Shown here: positions 30,346-38,429 of the stretch, piece after piece | Position numbering within the stretch: the stretch's first letter is position 1 | Layout of the letters: the number at the start of each line of letters is the position of its first letter | Source: Candidatus Latescibacterota bacterium | Lineage (GTDB): Bacteria > Latescibacterota > UBA2968 > UBA8231 | Length of the DNA: 64,000 nt | Reading direction: 5' to 3' | Assembly (NCBI GenBank): GCA_965223905.1 | Contig: CBDCXV010000001.1 | Span: 1,656,784-1,720,783 of the forward strand | Notes under the pieces: model-generated | What the model was told of the DNA's origin: nothing | What the model saw: only the letters and a program-made list of their open reading frames with translations | Databases searched by the model: none | Position numbers and translations under genes: made by a program

Positions 30346-30632
30346 GGTGCCTCGAAGGAGGATAGTCCCCTGAGGCTGGCGGGGCGCCGTTGTTTCACGA
30401 GCGATAGTCCGGTAGCTCGAAAAATGCCTGTTTGCGACGTCGGGCATTGGCTTTCAGGGTAGCGCCCTGTTCGCCCACCGCGATCGCTCACCTGATCAGG
30501 CCCGTCCATGGGCGGCCATGCCAATGGGATGCACCTGCTCGAGGACTGCAGGCGCTTCCACAGGATCTACCGCCTTCCAACCGACGTTGAGACCAGTGTG
30601 AGGTCCGCCCACCTCGATCCGCCTGGATCTTT

Positions 30633-31222
30633 TCAGCCGGCGCCGGCCAGCCAGCGCATGACCCCCTCGAGAAGCCTTCGCTCCGCGCCCCCGACCGGGT
30701 CGAAATGCGGGTGGAATTGAACCCCCGAATACGACCCTTCCCTTGCCGACCTCCCCGGCCACCGCGACCGGCCGGGCCGGCCAGAGCCGTTGTGCACCAG
30801 GACAAGCCCCTTGATCCCCGGCTCGAGGGAGGCGCCCTGATAGAAGTCGCTCGCGAACCCCGTTTCGCCGGCCACGTCCCCGAATCGCCGGATGTCCGCC
30901 CCAAACGACCAGTTCTCCGGCCGTGTCTTCCGGTTTCCCTGACGGATCGCCCCAAACCGCCACTTCAGGAAGGGGTGGGACGAAGCGACCCAGCTCTCGT
31001 CGAGGACCTGCCGGGAATCGATGGTCAGCAGGCTGCCGCCTTCTTCGACATGTTCGCGCAGGCGGGACCAGAAACGATGTCCGGGGCCGAACTTCCTTTG
31101 AAAGTTGTGGAAGAAGAGCAGGTCCGCGGTTGCGAGGTAGTTGAACGGGGTATCGATCCTGCCGTTGCCGTGACCGAGCATGGTCTCGGTCTCGAACAGG
31201 CCGAGGGCGTCGATCGATCTCT
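30633..31222 (-). pseudogene. frameshifted 3' remnant of a protein with a class I glutamine amidotransferase-like/trimerisation domain
   Basis: LREHVEEGGSLL, RPVAVAGEVGKGRVVFGG and ERRLLEGVMRWLAG* are spread over two frames. No 5' end. Confidence 0.55.
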
Positions 31223-32098
31223 CTACACGGAATCGATGAACTCGAGGATGGCCTGCGCCAGCTCCTGCGGCTTGTGATAGCCGATGTCGTGGATGGTGTC
31301 CGGTATCCAGTGCACGCGGCAGCCGGGGATGGCATCGGCGGCCAGTTTCACCAGGCGCCTGCGGTCGCGGTCGAACTCGCTGTCGGTTTCCGGGAGCCCG
31401 GAACCTGCAGGCACGATCAGCGTCGGACACCCGATGCGCGGCCAGTATTCGGAGGTTGGGTCGTCCCACATCGCGCGCAGAACCTGCGCCTGGTTGCCGG
31501 AACGCAGTATGTCGTATATCTGCCCGTCGCGCTCGAATACCATGGTCTGCACGATACGCTCGACCTCGCTGTTCCAGCAGACCTCGAGCTGGCCGCGGAT
31601 GCGCGCCAGGAACTCGGAGCGCGTGCCCGAAACGTCGCGCGGCGCAAACCTGCGGCTGAAATCTTTCCAGGTTCCGCCCGGCACCATCTGCGGACCGACG
31701 AAGCCGCCGTCTACCAGTACCAGGGCCTTGATGCGCTCGGGGAAGTATGCGGCCGTGCCGACGGCGACGTTGCCGCCCCAGGAGTGCCCGAGCAGGACCG
31801 CCTGCTCGATACCGAGCGCATCGAGCAGACCGACCGCGTCGGATGCGAGCGAACGCCAGTCGTAGCCGTCGCCGGCCTGCGTCGTGCGGCCGTGGCCGCG
31901 CTGATCGGGGGCGACGATGCGGAATCTTTCGCACAGGAACGGAGCCAGGAGGTCGTACCAGTGGGCGGAAGAGGCCAGCCCGTGCAGCGCCAGCACGGGG
32001 GCGCCGCCGCCGCCCCAGTCGAGGTACCGCATCCGCAGGGAGCGCACCTCGGCCCACCCTTCGACGGGCCGGTGCTTCCCGGAAAAGGACACTGTCAT
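31223..32098 (-). CDS. alpha/beta fold hydrolase
   Basis: LHGLAS, PDQRGHG, GHSWGG nucleophile elbow, CPTLIV, terminal His (TIHDI). Confidence 0.92.
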   Translation of the reverse strand: MTVSFSGKHRPVEGWAEVRSLRMRYLDWGGGGAPVLALHGLASSAHWYDLLAPFLCERFRIVAPDQRGHGRTTQAGDGYDWRSLASDAVGLLDALGIEQAVLLGHSWGGNVAVGTAAYFPERIKALVLVDGGFVGPQMVPGGTWKDFSRRFAPRDVSGTRSEFLARIRGQLEVCWNSEVERIVQTMVFERDGQIYDILRSGNQAQVLRAMWDDPTSEYWPRIGCPTLIVPAGSGLPETDSEFDRDRRRLVKLAADAIPGCRVHWIPDTIHDIGYHKPQELAQAILEFIDSV

Positions 32099-32276
32099 AT
32101 GAATCGAACTCCTCAAGGGGATGAAGTTGCAGCAACCGGGAGCACCGAAAATAAGAAACCTGTCGTCGATACTCCGCCAGGGAGCCCTTCCGTCCTGCAA
32201 GCAGGGGGCAGAGATGCCCGGGTTTCGTCAGGGAGCCCGGCGGGAGAAACCTGCTTCATTGGGCCCTGAAACCGGA

Positions 32277-33998
32277 ATGAGCGACGACACCCTTGCCCGC
32301 GACCTGATCCGGATCGACGGCCGGCCCTACGGGCACTACCGGGACCTGCGCGGCCGCGGCTACGCGCTGGGACCCTGCACCCTGCGCTTCGAGCACGTGC
32401 AGGGGGATCCCTTCGCCGCGCCCAGCCGGCTGCGCATCGATGTCCCCTCCGAGGTGCTGGGGCTGCCGGCCTGGGCTCGCCGCGGCCGGGAGGCGCGCCG
32501 CGCCACCGCGGACTTCCTGCAGCGGGCGCTGCGTACTGCCCTCGCCCGGGCCGCGGGCGGGGCGGGCAGCGGCAGGAGCGGCCTGCTCGAGATCAGCCCG
32601 GCCGGGCAGGAGGTCCTGGAGCGGACCGGCGTCGTGGTCGATGCCGACGGCGGCGGCCGCGTCCGCCTGTGCGCGGGTCTGCCCGCGGCGGGCCGCCGCA
32701 TCCTCGGCCGGGAAGCCGCCGGCCTCCTGACCAAGCGCCTGTATTCCGCTCTCCTCGCCGCGGCCGGCCGCCTCGACTCCGAGGCCCTGCGGGCCCACGT
32801 CGACGCCGTGGAGGACCAGGTCGCCCTGCGTTCACAGCTCCGCGAGCATGGACTGATCGCCTTTCTCGCCGAGGGCAGCGTGCTGCCGCGGCGCAGCGGC
32901 GTCGACCCGCGGCCGCTCCAGGATGGGCTGCCGCTGCAGGTCCCCGATGCCCTGGCGGTCGAGCTGCAGGCGCCGCACGCCGGCAAGCTGCGCGGCATGG
33001 GGATACGCGCCGGGGTCACCCTGATCGTCGGCGGCGGCTATCACGGCAAGTCGACGCTGCTGCGGGCGCTCGCCCTCGGCATCTACGACCACGTTCCCGG
33101 GGACGGGCGCGAGCGCTGCGTCTCTGCGGCGGAGCTGGTGAGCGTGCGCGCCGAGGACGGCCGCTCGGTGCGCGGCGTCTGCCTGACCCCCTTCATCCGC
33201 GACCTGCCGCTGGGTCGGGAGACGGGCTTCTTCGACAGCGACGAGGCCTCCGGGAGCACCTCCCAGGCCGCGGCCATCGTAGAGGCGCTCGAGGCCGGGG
33301 CGACCGGACTGCTGATCGACGAGGACACCGCGGCGACCAACTTCATGATCCGCGACGCCCGCATGCGCCGCCTGGTCCCGGGGGACCGCGAGCCGATCAC
33401 CCCCTTCATCGACCGCGTGCGCCAGCTCTGGGAAACCCGCGGCGTGTCCTCGGTGCTTGTGGTGGGCGGGGCCGGAGACTACCTCGACGTCGCCGACTGC
33501 GTCATCCGGATGGACGACTACCAGCCCCGCGACGTCACCGCGCGGGCGCGGGAGGTCGCGGCCGGCCGGCCGCTGGGAGAGGCGGAACCGCGCCCACCCG
33601 ACGACTGGACTCCCGCGGCGGCGCGGGTACCCCTGCCCGGCGGTCTCGACCCTCGCCGCGGCCGCAGAGCCGAGAGGGTGCGGGCGCTGAAGACGCGATC
33701 GATCGAGTTCGGTACCGAAGAGATCGACGTCGGCCTGCTGTTTCAGATCGTCGACCCGGCACAGTGCCGCACGATCGGCGACGCGCTGCTTCGGCTGGCG
33801 CGCGGGCTGTGCGACGGACGGCGCGACCTGCCCCGGATCCTGGCGGCGCTCGAGGAGGAGATGCGGGCAGGGGGTCTGGAGGCTCTGGCAGAGCCGGGGT
33901 TCGGCGACCGGGCCCGGGCCCGCGGCTTCGAGATCGCCGCGGCGCTCAACCGCCTGCGCAGCCTGCGCGTGGCCGCGCCGGGCCCGGATCAAACCTGA
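32277..33998 (+). CDS. ABC-ATPase domain-containing protein (PF09818-like)
   Basis: HVQGDPFAAPSR, GGGYHGKSTLL, RAEDGR, ASGSTSQAA, LLIDEDTAATNFMIRD, EIAAALNRLR. Confidence 0.9.
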   Translation: MSDDTLARDLIRIDGRPYGHYRDLRGRGYALGPCTLRFEHVQGDPFAAPSRLRIDVPSEVLGLPAWARRGREARRATADFLQRALRTALARAAGGAGSGRSGLLEISPAGQEVLERTGVVVDADGGGRVRLCAGLPAAGRRILGREAAGLLTKRLYSALLAAAGRLDSEALRAHVDAVEDQVALRSQLREHGLIAFLAEGSVLPRRSGVDPRPLQDGLPLQVPDALAVELQAPHAGKLRGMGIRAGVTLIVGGGYHGKSTLLRALALGIYDHVPGDGRERCVSAAELVSVRAEDGRSVRGVCLTPFIRDLPLGRETGFFDSDEASGSTSQAAAIVEALEAGATGLLIDEDTAATNFMIRDARMRRLVPGDREPITPFIDRVRQLWETRGVSSVLVVGGAGDYLDVADCVIRMDDYQPRDVTARAREVAAGRPLGEAEPRPPDDWTPAAARVPLPGGLDPRRGRRAERVRALKTRSIEFGTEEIDVGLLFQIVDPAQCRTIGDALLRLARGLCDGRRDLPRILAALEEEMRAGGLEALAEPGFGDRARARGFEIAAALNRLRSLRVAAPGPDQT

Positions 33999-34117
33999 GC
34001 GGCGTCGAACCTCTCCTGCAGGCGAGCCGGCGCGGCGGCAGGACGCCACCGGGCGGGCGAGAGGTAGAAGTAGGACCTCGCCCTGCCCGAAGTGCCCGGC
34101 GAGGGGAGAGGCGGTCT

Positions 34118-34150
34118 TTGTCCTTTCCGGATTAGTGATTATAATCACTA
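34118..34150 (+). promoter_or_regulatory. sigma70-like promoter overlapped by a perfect 18-bp palindrome (putative operator)
   Basis: TTGTCC (34118-23), 16-bp spacer, TATAAT (34140-45). TAGTGATTATAATCACTA at 34133-34150 is self-complementary. Confidence 0.8.
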
Positions 34151-34155
34151 TTACC

Positions 34156-34845
34156 ATGCAAACCCGGGAAATGGAGGATGTATTCGCGGCCGCGGCCCGG
34201 CTGCAGGAGTTGGTGTCCGACGCCGTCCTGATCGGTGGTTCCGCGGCCGTGCACCACGCCGGACATCGGATATCGCTCGACGACGCCCACGTCGTCCGGC
34301 ACCTGCGCGATCGCTTCGACGACGTTCTGGCGGATCTCGAGGCAACCGAGGGTTGGATCACCGCGCGAGTCCAGCGGCCGGTGCTGATCCTCGGACGTCT
34401 CGACGGTGTGGAAACGGGGATTCGGAACCTCATCCGCCGGCTGCCTTTGGAGGTCGAAGAGATAGCGATCGGGGAACGCACCTTGCGAGTACCGACCCTG
34501 TCCGAGATCGCCCGCATCAAGGCGTGGCTCTGCCTGATGCGCAATGCGACCCGCGACTATCTCGATTTCGCCGCCCTTGGAGACCGACTTGGCGATACGG
34601 ATGCAGTTGGCGTGATCCTGGAGATGGACCAGTACTACGCCGATCAACTCGGTCCAGGTGGCCGCCGTGTCGCCACCCAGGTCGCCAGGCAACTGGCGGA
34701 GCCCCGTCCCGACGACCTGTCGGAAGTAGATCTAGTTTCCTATCGAAGACTTGAACTTCGGTGGCACGACTGGCAGACTGTCGTCGACGCTTGCCGCCGA
34801 ATCGCCGTCAAAGTCCTCGACCGGCTCGCGGAGGATTCGCTGTGA
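34156..34845 (+). CDS. AbiEii/AbiGii-like nucleotidyltransferase (putative toxin)
   Basis: VLIGGSAA..H..HRISLDDAH, RIKAWL...RNATRDYLDF. Confidence 0.75.
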   Translation: MQTREMEDVFAAAARLQELVSDAVLIGGSAAVHHAGHRISLDDAHVVRHLRDRFDDVLADLEATEGWITARVQRPVLILGRLDGVETGIRNLIRRLPLEVEEIAIGERTLRVPTLSEIARIKAWLCLMRNATRDYLDFAALGDRLGDTDAVGVILEMDQYYADQLGPGGRRVATQVARQLAEPRPDDLSEVDLVSYRRLELRWHDWQTVVDACRRIAVKVLDRLAEDSL

Positions 34846-35342
34846 ACCATCGCCACCTGGAGGTTGTGTCCGGCACTCCGGTAGAAGCGCAACCGCTGGC
34901 TGCCATCGTCGACATTCTGCAACGAGGCGATCTCGACGAGTGGCGGCCGATCGCCATGGCGATTCTCCGGGATCCGATGGGTGAGTTTGCCGGCAAGGTG
35001 TTGCGCCTGGTAGACGCTTACCCGATGTACGGGACCTCCTCGCTCTGGCGGTCGTGGATCGACCGTTGCCGGGCGCGCGCTGAGAACGGCGCGCTGTCGA
35101 GGGAGGTGAAACCTTCGACCCTCCGGCGACGCCTGGGGCTGACCCAGGTCGAGGTCGCCGGTCGAATGGGTATCTCCCAGTCCGACCTGTCCAAGCTCGA
35201 GCGCCGGCGCGATCTGCGGCTGTCCACGCTGCGGTCGTACGCGCAGGCCCTCGGGGGCGGCATTCGGGTTCTCTTTGTTTCGGGCGACGGCACCACGGCC
35301 ATCCGGCTGGACGGCACGGACGGCACGGACGGCAAAAGTTGA
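34842..35342 (+). CDS. XRE-family HTH protein (putative antitoxin/regulator)
   Basis: LRRRLGLTQVEVAGRMGISQSDLSKLERR...LSTLRSYAQALGG. GTGA overlap with the upstream gene. Confidence 0.85.
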   Translation: MNHRHLEVVSGTPVEAQPLAAIVDILQRGDLDEWRPIAMAILRDPMGEFAGKVLRLVDAYPMYGTSSLWRSWIDRCRARAENGALSREVKPSTLRRRLGLTQVEVAGRMGISQSDLSKLERRRDLRLSTLRSYAQALGGGIRVLFVSGDGTTAIRLDGTDGTDGKS

Positions 35343-35621
35343 CCCAACCGGCGGCGAGGTCCAATATCTCTCTCTCTTGGTTTTCCTGACGCGACAGGAA
35401 ACAATACCTCCGCCGGCCCATCCCTTCTCCATCATCCTCGACACTGCAGGCCAGGCGGGGTCTGCAGCGATGATTCCCCTTCTCTTTCAGCCCTGGGCTC
35501 ACCATGAAATATCTGCTGGCGCAGGTCTCCGCCGAGGAGCCCGAACGTGGCAGCTGCTGCGGAACCACCAGCCAAGGTCAACGGTTCCATAGATACCACA
35601 ACAACAACAACCTCGAAGTTC

Positions 35622-36527
35622 ATGATTCCCCCTAATCGACCGAATTCCTCCCGCCCGCGGTGGCCATGGATGCCGCTGGCGGCCATCCTGCTGGCCGCAG
35701 TCCCCGCGCAACTGGATGCCGGCGCCTGGACGCAGTCGCCCGGCGGTCTGTACCTCAAGATGGCCGGACTCTCCTTCCGCTCCCAGGCATATCTGGACAC
35801 CACCGGCAACCGGAAGGCCCGGGAGGAAAAGCCGGGCATGGCGGAGTTGAGCGACAGGAACGCCTCGGCCTACCTGGAATACGGTCTGAGGGATCGCTTG
35901 ACCCTGGTGGCCTCCCTTCCCTACAAGCGCCTGGTGCACAAGAAGACGGAGGTGAGGTACTACGAGAGTCTGGACACCACCCTAACCCGCATATACCCCG
36001 ACGAGAACGAATCCGGTCTCGCCGACCTCGAGTTGCGCCTGCGCTGGCGGGTGCTGCAGGATCCGGCGGTGGTCTCCCTGACTCTCGGCGGCAAGTTGCC
36101 GCTGGGTTACGAAATGCAGGAGGAAAGCAACGTCCCCCTGGGTACGGCGGAGATCGACGGCGATACGCGCCTGCTGATCGGCAAATCCCTGTACCCGTTG
36201 CCGGGGTACCTGACCAGCGCCATCGGCTATCGCAAGCGGGGCGGGATCTTCAGCGACGAGCTCCTCTATAGTTTCGAGGCCGGTTTCACCTACAAACGCC
36301 TGCTGGTGAAAGGGGTGGCCGAGGGAATGCGGACCTTCGGGGACTGCGGAGCCACCGGCGCTACGGGGAGTCTGATAGGAGACCAGAACAGCTTGAAAGT
36401 AGCGCCGGGGTTGATCTGGTCCCTGAGCGAGCGGCTGGAACTGGGGGCCGATCTGTTTCACATCGTCTCCGGCTGCAATACCGCGGCCGGAACGACCTGG
36501 GCCCTGGGGCTGGCTTTCAAGCGCTAG
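35622..36527 (+). CDS. secreted/outer-membrane beta-barrel-like hypothetical protein
   Basis: Signal peptide ending AGAWTQ, YLEYGL.D.LTL, GLADLELRLRW, KLPLGY, alternating C-terminal strand WALGLAF. Confidence 0.7.
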   Translation: MIPPNRPNSSRPRWPWMPLAAILLAAVPAQLDAGAWTQSPGGLYLKMAGLSFRSQAYLDTTGNRKAREEKPGMAELSDRNASAYLEYGLRDRLTLVASLPYKRLVHKKTEVRYYESLDTTLTRIYPDENESGLADLELRLRWRVLQDPAVVSLTLGGKLPLGYEMQEESNVPLGTAEIDGDTRLLIGKSLYPLPGYLTSAIGYRKRGGIFSDELLYSFEAGFTYKRLLVKGVAEGMRTFGDCGATGATGSLIGDQNSLKVAPGLIWSLSERLELGADLFHIVSGCNTAAGTTWALGLAFKR

Positions 36528-36577
36528 GAAAATCGCCCCGAAATGCAAGGCGGTTCATATGCATTTCGCCTGTTTGA

Positions 36578-37584
36578 TTGATATATGAAAGGAGGCCCGG
36601 ATTGCCGCGCCGAAAATGGGAGATCTCCGAGCGTCAAGCCACCGACGAAGCGGTCTATCTCAACCGCCGCAAGTTCATCCGTCGTGCCGGCCTGGGAAGC
36701 ATCGGCCTGCTTACCGGATGCATCCCGGAAAAGCTCTTCAATCCGGTAGACCTCGTTAATCCGGAAGACTTCCTCAGTCCCGGGAGCGTCGAGCCGGCAC
36801 CTCGGTATCCGGCTCCTTTGAATCCCGCTTTTTCCACCCTCGACCGGCCTCTCACCGACGAGACTGTGGCTGCCACCTACAACAACTTCTACGAATTCTC
36901 CACCGGCAAGAATGTTTGGCGCTTCATAGACAAGTTCGAGCCCACCCCCTGGACAGTGGAAATAAGCGGCCTGGTGCAGCAGCCCAAGACCTACGATATC
37001 GACAGCCTGATCGGCATGATGGATCTGGAAGAGCGTCTCTACCGCCACCGCTGCGTCGAGGCCTGGTCCATGGCCATACCGTGGACCGGCTTTCCCATGC
37101 GGGCGCTCGTCGACCTGGTTCAACCGCTGTCATCGGCCCGCTACGTGCGCATGACCTCCTTCTTCAATCCCGAGGTGGCCCCGGGGCAATGGGACAGGCC
37201 CGATTTCCCCTGGCCCTATACCGAGGGCCTGACCATGGCCGAAGCGACCAATGAGTTGACTTTGCTGGTGACGGGCATATACGGCCACGAGCTGCCCAGG
37301 CAACACGGTGCCCCCCTGCGCCTGGTGACGCCCTGGAAATACGGCTTCAAGGGCATCAAGTCGATCACCAGAATCGATTTCGTCAGCGAACAGCCGGAGA
37401 CGTTCTGGAACACCGAATCTCCGCGAGAGTACGGCTTTCTCTCCAACGTCGAGCCCGATGTCCCCCATCCCCGCTGGTCGCAAGCCACCGAACGCTTCAT
37501 CACCGCCGACCCGAAAAGCCAGAACAACGCGATACCCTGCTCTACAACGGCTATGCGGAGTACGTCGCCCATTTGTACGGGTGA
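36578..37584 (+). CDS. msrP: protein-methionine-sulfoxide reductase catalytic subunit MsrP (frameshift near 37520)
   Basis: Tat NRRKF, YNNFYEF, EERLYRHRCVEAWSMAIPWTGF, WPYTEGL, GAPLRLVTPWKYGFK, HPRWSQATER. The true tail DTLLYNGYAEYVAHLYG* is in another frame, stopping at 37584. Confidence 0.9.
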
Positions 37585-37603
37585 CCCTTCAAAGGAGGCC
37601 CAG

Positions 37604-38251
37604 ATGCGCCAGCTTCCGTCGTCCATCCTCTTCCTCTGCCTGCTCGTCCTGCCCCTCTCCGCCCTGGAAGAGGCCCTTCACGGGACCTGGGACGGCACCG
37701 TCCTCGACGACCAGATCGGCGAGATTTCAACCAGCCTGACCTTCGAAGCGGATGGAGCCTTCGAGATCAATCAGGTCATTCAGGTAAAGGAGGATTTCCT
37801 CGCCGGCCTCGAGATCCCGGAAACAATCGCCATCAATACGATCACCGCTCACGGCACCGGAACCTACGGAGTGGATGGGGACAGCCTCAGGGTCGATATA
37901 ACCGCGCTGGATCTTATGGTCGACGGTGAGGACTTCGACGAATTCTTTACCCAGGCCGCCCGCAGCCTCGCCCGTTACTTTGCGGACTTGAACGAAATAC
38001 CCGAAGAGAACTACCCGGAGTTCGAACAGGCTTTCGTCGACGAGTTCCTCCTTGCAATCGATGAAATCGATTTCCTCGCTGGTTTCGAGGAAGGAGGAAG
38101 CAGCACATACGCTGTTGAAGGGAACGCCCTGGTGCTCACTACGACCGCGGAGACATCCTGGGAATTCCAGCGCATGGATGTCGTCGTTGAAGTCCCCACT
38201 GCTGTCGCCCGAACTACCTGGGGAGGCCTGAAAGCCGCCCTGCGTCCTTGA
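37604..38251 (+). CDS. secreted acidic hypothetical protein with C-terminal TTWGGLK motif
   Basis: AAGGAGG RBS plus ATG at 37604, signal peptide, ends PTAVARTTWGGLKAALRP*. Confidence 0.8.
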   Translation: MRQLPSSILFLCLLVLPLSALEEALHGTWDGTVLDDQIGEISTSLTFEADGAFEINQVIQVKEDFLAGLEIPETIAINTITAHGTGTYGVDGDSLRVDITALDLMVDGEDFDEFFTQAARSLARYFADLNEIPEENYPEFEQAFVDEFLLAIDEIDFLAGFEEGGSSTYAVEGNALVLTTTAETSWEFQRMDVVVEVPTAVARTTWGGLKAALRP

Positions 38252-38429
38252 AATTCCCCGGGGTGAGGATCAATACCTTCTCGAACCTGCCCGATCAGTC
38301 TTCATGTCGAAAGCCCGCTCGTGAGCCGGTAGACCGGCCGTTCCGCCCCGCGTGTAGACGCCCTCCCGCCACTGGAAACCAACGCCGCCGGCACGTCGCA
38401 CTACTGCTGCGCCTTCCAAAATCCAGGAG

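Noticed and set aside
36578-38251. 557-aa MsrP fusion as a genuine novel domain architecture
   Set aside because: The canonical MsrP tail and stop exist in another frame, and the downstream gene has its own RBS, ATG and signal peptide.
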